Assembly: GCF_006345805.1 (NCBI RefSeq)
Contig: NC_043006.1
Location: forward strand, 23,436,001-23,500,000
Length of the DNA: 64,000 bases
Origin: Octopus sinensis
Lineage: Eukaryota
Direction: 5' to 3'
Below the pieces are notes generated by a model that was given only the letters and a program-made list of their open reading frames with translations, ran no database searches and was not told the origin of the DNA. Within the stretch, counting starts at the first letter, position 1. The number at the start of each line of letters is the position of its first letter. The position numbers were made by a program, and so were the translations under genes. Shown one piece after another: positions 38,022 to 51,112 of this stretch.

Positions 38022-39644
38022 TGAACCCCCTCCATTTGATAGATCGGTACCTCCAATGCTTCGATTGATCATCACGCGGGACGAAGTCAAACGTGTTATT
38101 CAAGGCCTCGATGTCAACAAGGGTCACGGCCCTGACGGCATACACCCACGGGTTATCAAAGCGTTGGCTCCGGTCATCTGCGAGCCCTTAACACGACTAT
38201 TCATATGTCATTGGCGACGGGTGTTATACCTGCAGACTGGAGAACAGCGATAATCTGCCCAATTTTCAAGAAAGGGAGCCGCGAAGACCCGCTTAACTAC
38301 CGACGGTTTCCCTTACATCAATAATCAGCAAGATGTTCGAAACCATCCTTAAGAAAAGTATGATGCTCCACCTCCTAAACACAGCCTCGATCATGATTCC
38401 CAACACGGCTTCGTGCCGAAGAGATCATGCTTGACCAACTTACTAGTAATGGAAGAATTGGTGACGCGCATCCTCGATGATAGTGATGCTGTTGACATCG
38501 TTTATTGGACTTTGCCAAAGCTTTTGACTCGGTAAACCACCGCCTACTACTTGTCAAGCTTCAAGCATATAGTTTCCATCCGGATATTGTACGATGGGTT
38601 GGTGCCTTCCTCTCAGATCGCTCCTTCCGAGTTCAAGTTAATGGTTCGCGGTCCGACGTCTCCAGTGCGAGCAGTGGCGTGCCTCAAGGTTCAGTGCTTG
38701 GGCCCTTGTTGTTCTTAGTCTTCATAAATGACTTGCCCGACGACCTCACGCAACACACCCTTCTATTTGCCGACGATATCAAACTGGTCGCTCCTCGCGG
38801 TTAGTATAGAGGATCTTCGTCGATGCCTCCACAAATTTGGAAGTGGTCTAACGATTGGGACCTGTGTCTGAACGTGTCAAAGTGCTGTCATCTGCCTGTC
38901 GGCTTACTCCTGCAACTCAACTTGATTTCGAGCCGGGTCGTCTGCTGCTGGAGAGGACCGATCAGGTAAAGGACCTGGGTATCTTGGTGGATTCCTCCTT
39001 TTCGCCTTCGGCCCAGTGCGTCCATGCTGCCAACAAAGCGGGCGGAATTCTGTTTTGATTCGACGGTCATTCGGAATGCTACAGCAGCCATATTCCTGCC
39101 ACTCTATGTCACGCTGGGAGACCCATATTGGAGTATGGGATTCAAGCCTCTTCTCCTTATCTCCTCAAAGACTACAGCATCTCGAAAGAGTCCAGAGGCT
39201 GGCTACCCGCATGGTTCATGGTCTCAAAAATTTGTCCTACGAAGAAAGGCTGAGGACGCTCGACCTTTATTCTCTTAAAAACGCCGCCGCCGTGGTGATC
39301 TCATTCTCGCCCACAACATCATAAGCGGGAAGTGTAACCTCTCGAAAGAGCTGTTCTTCACTCCTGCTCCGGAGCGTCGGCTGCGGGGTCATTCCGAAAA
39401 GCTCTACCTGCGACGATTTCATCTCAATCGAAGGAGAGGAGCTTTCTCCGTCCGGGTTGCGGATTCGTGGAACAAGCTGCCAGACGAGATGGTGAAGATG
39501 CCGACGACCGCTTTGTTCAAAGCCTCCCTGGACCTCAAGTGGCCTGAACTCTTTACATGAACACCACCCTGTACTTAACTCCATGTCCCCCTACATGGCC
39601 TTGCTATTTGCTTTTGAGCCAAATTAACTAACTAACTAACTAAC
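38022..39644 (+). mobile_element. 5'-truncated CR1-clade LINE nested in the Dong element
   Basis: KGHGPDGIHP, DFAKAFDSVNH, GVPQGSVLGPLLF, LFADD; several frameshifts; (TAAC)n tail; no TSD seen. Confidence 0.9.
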
Positions 39645-40635
39645 ATAATCATTAGACTCCCCTTCGTTGTTTCCAGGTTTTAGATTTGTGTCGCTTTCTT
39701 TCGCATTCGTATGTTTGTCTGTCGTGTTTTGACTTGCTGCTTGTCGTGCATTATTATGCATCCTTGCGGTCTGTGTTTGTTGTTTTTTTTTTTGGTTACA
39801 TAGTTTTTGTTGGAAATGTTACGTTTGTCTTCGTGTTTTACTATCTCAGTGTTTATATTATTTGGCATTGTTGTGTGGCTTCTATCTACATTTTCCTGAT
39901 GTATTTTTTCTTTTAAATGTTCTATTTCTATTTCTGATATTTTTTTTGCGTTGAGAATGTATCTTCGTACGTTAGCTAGTTTATTAGGGTTCATTGCTGT
40001 ATTCAAGTCTTTGTTTTTCTTCCATATTTTATATGCATATGTTGTTGTGTTTTCGTTCTTTGGGTAGAGCACTGCTGTAAAGTAAGCGTGTAGGATTGAA
40101 ATATATTCCTCACGTGTCCATTTATGCCTTTTTGGTTTTATTTGCGGTACATGAGGAACAACGTCCGGCCCATTATTTTGACGGTCGTCATTTTCGTAGG
40201 GTACCGGTCCGTTCATTTCTGTTGTCACTGTTTTGCACGTGTAGTTTTTCGTACTTTTTGTGTAACAAATTTAAAGTACGTACTTCCTGATTGTTATTCT
40301 TGGGTTGAATAATACCGGTATTATTTAATTTATTCGTAGCTTTTTTGTACATGGTGTTTGCGGCCGGAGATGATCTGTTGTTGATGCATCGTAATGTATC
40401 AAGCATGTTTACATGGTTGAAGATGATATCGAGTTAAAATACATCATTTCGGTTGGAAAATAGCAGTAAATTTCAATGAGTATTACTAACTCGGATATAG
40501 TTCAATCCTTTGTCAGTTATTTTTTGGCTCTATGCGATGTCTTTGTTTCCGATGTTTGTGGATAGATTTCGGAGCACTGCTTTATCGCTCTCACATGTTA
40601 AACGTTCCCCAGTGTTGTTATTATTATTATTATTA

Positions 40636-40670
<35 letters not shown>

Positions 40671-40675
<5 letters not shown>

Positions 40676-41065
40676 TAGTTTTATTTTTATAGCGTGCTTT
40701 CACTTCACTACCGAGCGCAGCTCTGTGTGCCTTGGGTATGTGCTGCGATTGTTGTGATGCTCTGATGGTTATTGTATGGAAAGTGGTTCTGCGTAGGATG
40801 TGTGCAGTGCCTAGTAGTGCAATTTTCTGTATGTTATATGTGTTTGTAAGTCCTGGTGTTTTTGTTATGTATTTGTCTGAATATTTTTTTATCATGCCTA
40901 ATGCACCTACTATGATAGGAATGTTTCTGTTTTCAGATTCCACATTCTAGTTACCTCTATTTCCAGGTCTTTGTATTTTGAGAGTTTCTCCATTTCTTTT
41001 AGAGACACGTTGTCATCAGCCGGTATTGATACATCAATTAGAAAGCATTTTTTTTCTTCATGATC
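40671..41065 (-). mobile_element. 5'-truncated Dong copy
   Basis: IPIIVGALGMIKK..IQKIALLGTAHILRR plus the same 3' UTR, between TAA tracts. Confidence 0.88.
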
Positions 41066-41110
<45 letters not shown>

Positions 41111-41155
41111 TATTATCAACGTCGTCGTCGTCGTCATCATCATCATCATCATTAC

Positions 41156-41491
41156 TGAGTAAGAGAGCAGTGCATGCCATCAAAGTGACACTGGGGTAAA
41201 ATATACGATGCCCAGTATACCCATCATGACTACCCGTCTGATAAGGGTACACCAGGTACATGCATCACAACCATATGTGCGTGAGATAGTGATCTCATAT
41301 CAAGATAAACAGCACATGACCTTGCAGGTGGGGCCCAGCTAGAATTTTCTTCAGATTGAGGTGCCCATCCTGCTCGAAAGGTCCCTAAATAAGGGTTGTT
41401 TAATGATGATGAACGAAACACCTGTATTTCCTGAAGTGAATTATTCAAGCCTCAAAGAATTCCTCTCAACACATGGCTATGATGCTCCCCC
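41156..41491 (-). mobile_element. Element X, partial copy
   Basis: Homologous to about 34831-35165. Confidence 0.75.
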
Positions 41492-41496
41492 ATATT

Positions 41497-41552
<56 letters not shown>

Positions 41553-41594
41553 AGACTATATAGGACCGAGGTAACTCACCCAGAAGTTATACAC

Positions 41595-41727
41595 AAATAA
41601 ATAGAAGAGTGACATATCATGTGAAATTGGTTGAACGATATTTCAGCATGTAGCGTGACTTCCCCAGGTTCAAAAATTTCCACAGCTCCAACCAATTTCA
41701 CATGATATGGCACTCTTCTATTTATTT
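41595..41727. repeat. Inverted repeat with 39-bp arms (MITE-like)
   Basis: aaataaatagaagagtgacatatcatgtgaaattggttg versus its reverse complement at 41689-41727, 38/39 identical. Confidence 0.85.
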
Positions 41728-41734
41728 ATTTAAT

Positions 41735-41936
41735 TATTGTTGTTGTTGTTGTTGTTTGCTGAAACGCCCAGCTTATCTTGCTGTTGTATGATGAAAAGTG
41801 TCAGCTATCGACAGCCAGCCGACTAAGATGACATTTGTTAACTGGTCATGCTTCAAGAACCCTGCGAAGAATTCTTGCAGTTCCAAGCAAGGATGATTTT
41901 AGTAGGTGTTCCATGTTTACATTTGTACCAATCTTT
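41735..41936 (-). mobile_element. 3' end of a second R4/Dong-like family
   Basis: GTNVNMEHLLKSSLLGTARILRRVLEA*, a different 3' UTR and a (CAA)n tail. Confidence 0.7.
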
Positions 41937-42441
41937 ATGCCATCAAAGCGACGCTGGGATATAGATATACCCATGATAAGGTTGCACCAGGCACATGCAT
42001 CACAACCATATGTGCGTGATATGCTGATCTCATATCAAGATAAACAGCGGATGAACTTGCGGGTGAGTCCCAGTTAGAATCTTCTTCAGGTCGAGTAGCC
42101 CTTCCTACTCAAAAGGTCCATGAATAAGGTTTAAGGATGATGAACAAAACTGACATATTTCCAGAGGCGAATTATTTAAACCCCAAACAATCCCTCTCAA
42201 CACATGGCTATGATGCTCCCCTACTACTTCTGCTCGTGATCAGAGATGCACATATCGTCAGCCATTAAGGGACATGCTCAACAGATTAAGGTCAAACAAC
42301 TGACGGGCAAATCTGTGGTATTAAGCAGAATATTTGCTGTAGCCCATCTTTTATACCAAGACAAAACAATGTACATGATAACACTTTCCAATCAGTTAAG
42401 ATCAGAAGCCGCGAGAGCCACTACCTGGTAATGCATCAGGG
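41937..42441 (-). mobile_element. Element X, third copy
   Basis: Homologous to 34850-35386. Confidence 0.78.
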
Positions 42442-42510
42442 AACTTATTATCATCATCCTCATCATCATTATTATTGTTGTTGTTGTTGTTGTTCTCTTC
42501 TTCTTCTCTT

Positions 42511-42577
<67 letters not shown>

Positions 42578-42582
<5 letters not shown>

Positions 42583-43322
42583 TAGTTTTATTTTTATAGC
42601 GTGCTTTCACTTCACTACCGAGCGCAGCTCTGTGTGCCTTGGGTATGTGCTGTGATTTGTTGTGATGCTCTGATGGTTATTGTATGGGAAGTGTTCTGCG
42701 TAGGATGTGTGCAGTGCCTAGTAGTGCAATTTTCTGTATTTTATATGTATGTGTTGTTGTATTTTCATTTTTTGGGTAGAGTACTGCTGTGAAGTATGCG
42801 TGTAAGATAGAAATGTATTCCTCACGTGTCCATTTACGTCTTTTGGGTTTTATTTGCGGGACATGAGGTACAACGTCCGGCCCATTATTTTGACGGTCGT
42901 CATTTTCGTAGGGTGCCGGTCCGTTTATTTCTGTTGTCACATTATTTCGCACGTGTAGTTTTTCGTACATTTTTTGTTGTAAGTTTAATGTACGTACCGC
43001 TCGATTGTTATTCTTGGGTTGAATAGTATCGGTGGCATTTAATTTCTTCGTAGTCCTTTGTACATGGTGTTTGGGGTCGGGGATGATCGTGTGTTCACGC
43101 ATGTTTACATGTGTGCGTTAGAGGTGGAGATGATATCGAGTCAAAATACATCATTTCGTTTCGAAAATAGTAATAAATTTCAATTAGTATTACTTACTCG
43201 GATACAGTCCCATTCTTTGTTAGTAAAACTTTGGCTCCATAGGATGTCCTTGTTTTCGATGTTTGTGGATAGATTTCGGAGCTCTGAATTTTCCTTCTTA
43301 CATCTTAAACGTCCCCGGTGTT
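42578..43322 (-). mobile_element. Internally deleted Dong derivative retaining both ends
   Basis: 5' UTR and N-terminus joined in frame to the C-terminus and 3' UTR (ORF 42677-43102). Confidence 0.88.
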
Positions 43323-43351
43323 TCTCTTTTCTCTTCTTCTTCTTCTTATTA

Positions 43352-43386
<35 letters not shown>

Positions 43387-43427
43387 TATTATTATTATTA
43401 TTATTATATTATTATTATTATTAAAGC

Positions 43428-43640
43428 GTTGAGCTGACATAATTGTTAGCACACCAGGGAATGCTTGGCAGTATTCCGTCCGTCTTTACGTTCTGAGTTC
43501 AAATTCCGCCGATATTGACTTTGCCTTTCATCCTTTCGGGGTCGATAGAATAAGTACCAGTTGTGCACTGGGGTCGATGTAATAGTCTTACCTCCTCTCT
43601 CGAAATTGCTGGCCTTGTGCAAAAATTTGAAACCATTATT
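43428..43640 (+). mobile_element. SINE family 1
   Basis: Family-1 core motifs. Confidence 0.78.
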
Positions 43641-43981
43641 GTTGTTGTTGCTCTTCCTCCTCCTCTTTTTCGCCCAAGCTGTGTTTTATATCTTTTTAAA
43701 AGAGTTTGTTTTTGATCATTGTATTACTCTGCCCTCTTTCTTAATTGACCGGAACCATAAGGAACTGATCAACCCGTTTTCTTATTTACCCAACGCGGCA
43801 AATTTTTAAGAGAAAGAAAACTTTCCAAAGCACAAAACCTTCCAAAATGGCTTTGTCTTTTATCAGCCGCCCAGCAAGATAGGAAGGTGGGGGGGGGGAT
43901 GGGTTTAAAGGTCAATCTGTTTCTCGCAATCGCCTCCGGTGAAGTGTAACTTATACTCAGCTCTTCTTTCACGCATACATA

Positions 43982-45553
43982 TTGCATAGATCAACTAAAT
44001 TCCCGCCATTTAAAAAAAATTTTGGAATCTATTTTGCTTTTTTTTTCCAGTTAATTTAGTTAATTTTTGTTTATTTTCAGATCATTAAACTGGAATGTCA
44101 AGTTAAGATAAAACGGGCATTTTCGACACCTCTTTCTTTTTGCTTTCAATCAAGGTTCTAAGGTCGCAAAAGCAGCGCGCGACATTTGTGCTGTGTATGG
44201 AGAGGGTGCCATAGCTGAAAGAACCGGTCGTGATTGGTATGCCAAATTCAAAACTGAAAATTTTGACATCAAAGACGCACCTCGTTCTGGCCATCCAGTT
44301 GAGTTCGATGAAGATCGATTAAACCAACTTTTGCACGAAAATTCTCGACAAACGACAAGGGAACTGGCAGAGAAAATGGAATGCTCCCACACTGCTATAG
44401 AGAAGCATCTTCACTCGGTGGGAAAGGTTCAGAAGTAGTGGAGCATGAGTTCCGCATGCTTTAAGTGACAATAAAAATCAACGAGCCACAGTCTCCGCTG
44501 GTTTGCTTGCTTGTTTTAATAAGACTCCGCCGGTTACGGCGACGAGGGTCCCAGCTGATACGATCAACGGAACAGCTTGCTCGTGAAATTAACGTGCAAA
44601 TGGCTGAGCATTCCACAGACACGTGTACCCTTAACGTAGTTCTCGGGGATAATCAGCGTGACACAGAGAGTGACAAGGCTGACCCTTTGAAATACAAGTA
44701 CAACTCATTTTTGCCAGCTGAGTGGACTGGAGCAACGTGAAATAAAGTGTCTTGCTCAAGGACACAACGCGTCGCCGGGAATCGAACTCACAACCTTACG
44801 ATCATGAGCCGAATGCCCTAACCACTAAGCCACGCGCCCTCACTGCTTGCTTGTTACCGCTCAACTCATGGACACAGGCAACGGCTTCTTTACCGAATCC
44901 TTACTGACGACGAAAATTGATGCCTGTACATCAAAATGAAGCAGCGTAAGGAATGGCGTAGCCCCGGTAAACAAGCTACACCTCGCGTGAAACAAGATCT
45001 TCATCCGCGTAAAACGATGTTGTGCGTATGATGGGGCTGGATAGGTATTATCCATTACGAATTGCTTGAATGGAACCAAATGGTCAACGCGGAACACTAT
45101 GTTTAACAGATGGAACGATTCAACACGGCTATTCAAGAGAAAAGACCTAATCGGCAGCATGGAGTTCTTCTGCTGCACAACAACGCCTGCTCTCATATCG
45201 CCAATATGACCAAGGAAGCTATTCAAGCGCATGGCTGGGAAGTGCTGCCAAACCAGCCGTACTCTCCTGATTTGGCACCAACAGATTTCCACCTCTTTCG
45301 ATCTCTTTCAAATGCTATGCGCGGAGTTTCGTTCAATACTGATGTTGAATTGAGCGCTTGGTTGGATCAATTTTTCGAGTCGAAATCGGGTGATTTCTAC
45401 CAACGAGGTATTGAAAATCTTGTTGAAAGTTGGGAAGAAGTTGTAAACAACAAGGATGAATACATTATTCATTAATTAGTTGTTATTTTTTTTATTAATC
45501 TTTTTAAAATTTTAATTAAAAAAAAGACGGCGGGAACTTAGTTGTCAACCCAA
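43982..45553 (+). mobile_element. Mariner (DD34D) element, full-length but inactivated
   Basis: Imperfect TIRs ttg..caactaa.ttcccgcc with TA flanks; DAPRSGHP, ILTDDEN, LLHNNACSH (D to N), PYSPDLAPTDFHLF; stop codons and a SINE insertion. Confidence 0.92.
44516..44843 (-). mobile_element. Family-2-type SINE inserted in the mariner
   Basis: 12-bp TSD tgcttgcttgtt at 44504-44515 and 44844-44855. Confidence 0.92.
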
Positions 45554-45578
45554 TATAAGTATTCATTTGGAATAATTA

Positions 45579-45612
<34 letters not shown>

Positions 45613-46284
45613 TACTCTCTTTAAATCAATTAAAAGGAGTTTATTTCTTCCAGATGCCCCGAGGCCGGCTAAAATGTTAACGCAAAATAATAAAAAGTCA
45701 CGCAGTTATTGTTGTCATAAATGTAGAAATTTCCAACTCTCTAAGTGTAACCAGATCTTTGGTATACAAAGTTCGGGGTGGAGCTGTATGTCTCTGTTGT
45801 GAATGTTTTTGCTGTATCAAAAAGAAATAAATATTTTAAACCGGTCCCCCCAACCATTTTTTCACTTGCGGTACACTTATGTTCTTTTCAAAATTCAGCA
45901 GCTCACTTGAACTAAAAGTTTAACTAAAAGAATAGGGGAAAAAAATTATATTCAGGTCACATTGTGGTACACCTCGCGGCATACCTATTTCTTTACTACC
46001 CACAAGGGGCTAAACACAGAGAGGACGAATAAGGACAGACAAACGGATTAAGTCGATTATATCGACCCCAGTGCGAAACATGAATTAGTATCTCACTGTA
46101 TACGACTTTTAATGAATGTCTTCGAGCACCATAGTTCTGATAATTCATCCCGAAATCTGAAGTTCGTTGGCGATAGCTCTCATTAATTTTCCAGGATCAA
46201 TACCTATAACGTTTTGAATCCGTTAGATGACTTGTGGTGTTCTTATAGATATAGAGTTCGAACATTTAGAACAGTGCTGCGCAA

Positions 46285-46700
46285 CCGGCGAGCTGGCAGA
46301 ATCGTTAGCACACCGGGCGAAATGCTTAGCGGTATTTCGTCTGCCGCTACGTTCTGAGTTCAAATTCTTCCGAGGTCGACTTTGCCTTTCATCCTTTCGT
46401 AGTCGATAAATTAAGTACCAGTTACGCACTGGGATCGATGTAATCGACTTAATCCGTTTGTCTGTCCTTGTTTGTCCTCTCAGTGTTTAGCCCCTTGTGG
46501 GTAGTAAAGAAATAGGTATTTCGTCTGCCATCACGTTCTGAGCTCAAATTCTGCCGAGGTCGACTTTGTCTTTCATCCTTTCGGGGTCGATTAAATAAGT
46601 ACCAGTCATGCACTGGGGTCGATGTGATCGACTCAGTCCCTTTCTCTGTCCTTGTTTGTCACCTCTATCTCTATATTTAACCCCCTGTAGGCAATAAAGA
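46285..46700 (+). mobile_element. SINE family 1 dimer
   Basis: Same aaagaaata|ggtatttcg junction as the 7.4-8.2 kb array. Confidence 0.85.
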
Positions 46701-47514
46701 CATAAATAAATTTAACCAACATTTCCAAGCTGAGGTTCCTCAAAAGCCTTCAGATCACGTGAGAGGTCACTGGAGTGTCTGCAAGAAATAGTGACAAAGC
46801 GACTAAGAATATACAAACGCAATGCTGACTCATTTGTGTCTAATTTTTCATTCGTCATATTATTATACACACACGACGTATTCAAAATCCTGGCGTCTGT
46901 AGTAAGTAAGCAGACTCAACTGAAAAATATCCTCTTAGCAGGAGAATTTGATCTAGACAAGGTCTTAATCATCATGAATTTCTTAAGCCCTGTATCTGAT
47001 CGATTTGGCACGGCCAGGCTTTTTAAAGGTAGCTTTTTTTCTTCTTCTAATCGTTAATGTAAGTTATCTCTATGAAAGATAAAGACAATTTTTATTCATA
47101 AAGATCTATTTTATCTTTCACTTGTTTCAGTCATTGGGTCACACAGTGTCAAATGGCGGAAGGAGACATACACGAACACAGACACGCTCACATATGTATG
47201 CGTGTATGCGCGCGCGCGCGTGTGTGTGTGTGTTCTACGGTCTTCCGTGTCGTTTCCTTCTATCAAATTCAATTTCAGCGAGATTGAACCCAAAACTGCG
47301 TAGTTGCAAAACGAGCTTCTTTACCATAAAGCTATAACTGCGCTAAAACACATTTATGTAAAAACGTTGACGAACATACGTATATACAAACACACATACA
47401 AACATACATACAATACATACACACATACATACATACTGCATCATACATACATACACATACATACATACATACATACATACATACATACATACATACATAC
47501 TACGTACCTACATA

Positions 47515-47614
47515 NNNNNNNNNNNNNNNNNNNNNNNNNNNNNNNNNNNNNNNNNNNNNNNNNNNNNNNNNNNNNNNNNNNNNNNNNNNNNNNNNNNNNN
47601 NNNNNNNNNNNNNN
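47515..47614. other. Assembly gap (100 N)
   Basis: Run of Ns after a (TACA)n tract. Confidence 1.
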
Positions 47615-47849
47615 GCGTTTGAGAGTGCTAGAGACCGAGGACAGATAGACTTCAGTTTAAGTTGAAGTCGTGAATATCCACACTGTCAATATTCGAAACA
47701 CAAGTGTCAACATGCCTCGTAGTTATTGCAAATGGCTGCCTCCAGCCAGCATTTCAGGCCTGGACCGGAATTAGCAATAACATTTCATAGCAATAACCAT
47801 GATGATCAACCTTTTGATGATGGACAAATGGTACGGATGATGCGATGGT

Positions 47850-48685
47850 TGAAATGGAAGTAATGGTGGTGAGGGAAGTTAGAATGAAGAAAATGATGGT
47901 AATGGTGGGGGGTGATGATGATGATGATGATGATGACGACGACGACGACGATAATGATTGTAGTTATCGATGTTGTGGCAGTTTCCGTGATAGTTGTATG
48001 TTGTTGTTCAACCGAAGGTATGCTTTGATTGGGCTGACCTCAAAGGCTTTCCATCCGTGACCATACTGCGTTTTTTCAGACTTAGTGTATCTAAAACAAC
48101 ATTATTCGATGTGCTCTTCCTTATCTCAGGACAGGCAAACAGGATATGAGGTAGATTCTGCTGCTATGGCTGGCAGATCGAGTGACTACAATGGTGTTGG
48201 TGTCAGCGGAGAAAGTAATGGTGGTAGTAGTGTTGATAACAGTAGTAGTGGTAATGGTGGCGGTGGTAGTGGTGGTGGTGGTGATAGAGGTGGTAGTGGT
48301 AGTGGAGGGCATGGTGTTATAGATGATGGCAGTAGTCTTGGTAGTAACAGTAGTAGTAGTAGTAGCAGCAGCAGCAGCAGCAGTAGTTGCTGTTGTTGTT
48401 GTTGCTGTTGTTGTTGTTGCTTTTATAATAGTAAGTGGTAGTAGAGGTGGTGGTGCTGCTGCTGATGATGATGATCATGATGCTACTACTGATGGTAATG
48501 ATGATGACCGTGGTGGTGGTGATGATGATCCTGATGATGATGATGATGATGATGATGATGGTGACGATGATGATGATAAAGGTGAAGGTGGTGCTGGTGC
48601 TGGTGAGGGTGCTGGTGATGGTGATGGTGGTGGTGGTGGTGGTGGTGGTGGTCGTGGTCGTCGTCGTCGTCGTCGTCGTCGTCAT
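47850..48685. repeat. Mosaic trinucleotide repeats (GAT, GGT, GTA, GCA, GTT, GTC)
   Basis: Direct low-complexity repeats. Confidence 0.92.
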
Positions 48686-48990
48686 GAGAAAAAAAAAAGC
48701 AAAAACTGATAAGACTTGAAATAGGTGGGAGAGTGAGTGACAAACACAACAAAAAGAGAGATAAAGATGGCGGAGGCTATGTAGTGGCGGTGAAGGAGTG
48801 ACGGAGTGACCGGGTGTGGGGTTGCGGTGAAGGAGTGACAGGGGCGGGGGGGGAATAAAACAAAAGGAAAGGAGAAAGCAACGTCAGAATGGTAAATTGG
48901 TTAATCATAATTTGTTTTCTATCCATTATTAGAGGACACAGCAAGTAGGGACAGGTCGGCTTCTTTTACTGACACAGCCAGGACATCACC

Positions 48991-49039
<49 letters not shown>

Positions 49040-49716
49040 GTATCTCTTCCTCCTCCCTCTCTCTCTCTCCCTCTACATATCATTAACTTTCTTCTGTCCA
49101 CTTCCTTTTGATTCAATCTCATTAACAGCCTGTAAATTAATATACATACATACACATACATACATACATACACATCATACATATATATACACACATACAT
49201 ATATATATAATATATATATACACACGCACACATATATACATATATGCACACACATATATATGCATGTATGTATATATATACATACATATATATATATATA
49301 CATATATTATATAAATAAGTATATACATACATGTATATATACATATATATATATACATATATATAAATATATACATACATATATACATATATATATATAC
49401 ATATATATATATAAATATATACATACATATATGTGTGTGTGTGTATGTATGTATGTATGTATGTATGTATGTATGTATGCATGTATGTATTGGTTGACAG
49501 TGAGTGAGTGAGTGAGTGAGAGGGTGGGCGTAATGATATTAGCTGCAAGTATTATTGGCGAGAAATTAATTTCCTAAACTAAAATCCAATACTTTACGTT
49601 GAGTAATAACATCTAATTGTTTGTTTTAGTTCTAAATACAATATACGAACGCATACGTTTACACATACACACACATCCATAGACACATACACATACACAT
49701 GTATATTGCATATATA

Positions 49717-49754
<38 letters not shown>

Positions 49755-49757
49755 TAT

Positions 49758-49915
49758 GAGCGCAGGAGGCTGTGTGGTAAAAAGCTTGCTTCCCAACCAC
49801 GTGGTTCCGGGTTCATTCCCACTGCGTGGCACCTTTGGGTAAGTGTCTCTCTACTAAAGCCTCAGGCCGAACACAGTGAGAGATTTGGGTAGACGGAAAC
49901 TGAAAGAAGCCCGTC

Positions 49916-49965
<50 letters not shown>

Positions 49966-50081
49966 TCGCTACATTATTCTGTAGCGAGTAATTATGTGTG
50001 TAAATTGACGATTTAATAGTCTGTTATCAGCATATTGGCATTGAAATAATTTTCTTTAGCCCTTACTTATAAGGCATATAT

Positions 50082-50119
<38 letters not shown>

Positions 50120-50420
50120 GTTTATATGTATGTATTTGTATGTATGTATGCTGTTTACACACCCGTCCTTGTCTTTTGTTTGTTTGTTTTTTCGTAAATT
50201 CTCATTATGTATGTATGTATGTATTTGTGTGCCTGTGTTTGTCTCCAAACCATCGCTTGACAGCAGATGTTGATGTGTTTACGTTCCCCTAACTTAGCGG
50301 TTCGGCAAAGTAACCTATAGAATAAGTACTAGGCTTCCAAGAATAAGTCCTGGGGTCGGTGCTCCAGCATGGCCACAGTCACATGAATGAAACAAGTAAA
50401 AGAATAAAAGAGTAAAAGAG
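49758..50420 (+). mobile_element. SINE family 3 with an expanded or interrupted middle
   Basis: Head at 49758, (TA)n centre, tail gtaaaagaataaaagagtaaaagag. Confidence 0.8.
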
Positions 50421-50799
50421 TAAGCATCAATCATCTAATCCGGGATTCTACAGAAAGCATTATTCATCTGTATTTGATGCTTAACTACGTCCAAGAGGGC
50501 AGTGCACACCTTTTGATACCTTACTAATTAATGGCAGAAAGAATTAGTTAAAATTCTAACTCCAGTCTTGCTCTCCAACATTTCCTTGCAAATAGCCGTT
50601 TGTCACCTCTTGCGCGCAATTTCGAAGTTGTGCAGTCAATCGCCGATTTAGTGCAAAAAATAAACTGCATATTGTCTATATCGTCTACTGATATATTTGT
50701 ATATTTGTATGTATTTCAAAAGATGTGTGTGTATACATGTGTGTGTGTGTGTGTGTGAAACCGTTAATTCAGACACATTTTTTTTCCTCTCTCCATTAT

Positions 50800-50960
50800 T
50801 TTTTTTCTCCCTCTTACTGTGATTTCTTTCGTCGTACTTTTTTATAGAAGAACGTAGGTTCGAAACGTCAAAGACAATTCTATTTTCCCTGAGCGTCAAA
50901 CAAATGCACCCTGTTTTCTGTTCTCCCAACTCTCTCTGTTTTCTGTTTCGAGTATAATTC
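50800..50960 (+). mobile_element. Possible Penelope-like pseudo-LTR remnant
   Basis: gaagaacgtaggttcgaaacgtcaaagac resembles a decayed minimal hammerhead motif; family call is from recollection. Confidence 0.35.
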
Positions 50961-51072
50961 TGAACCATATATATACGTACATATATATATATGTATGCAT
51001 GTATGAATATATATGTATGTATATGTGTATGTATGTATGTATGTATGTATATATATGTATTATATATATATG

Positions 51073-51112
<40 letters not shown>

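Larger units (their letters stand above)
35514..40616 (-). mobile_element. R4/Dong-like non-LTR retrotransposon (RT plus REL endonuclease), both ends present, disrupted
   Basis: RT motifs WKAPGHDKIPNFWLK and RRGIFQGDMLSPLLF..HLLYM; ETINHIISGC, RHDRV, NRPDIVVRD; C-terminus LLGT.HIL; (TAA)n on both sides; CR1 insertion and GAA-bridged deletion. Confidence 0.9.
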
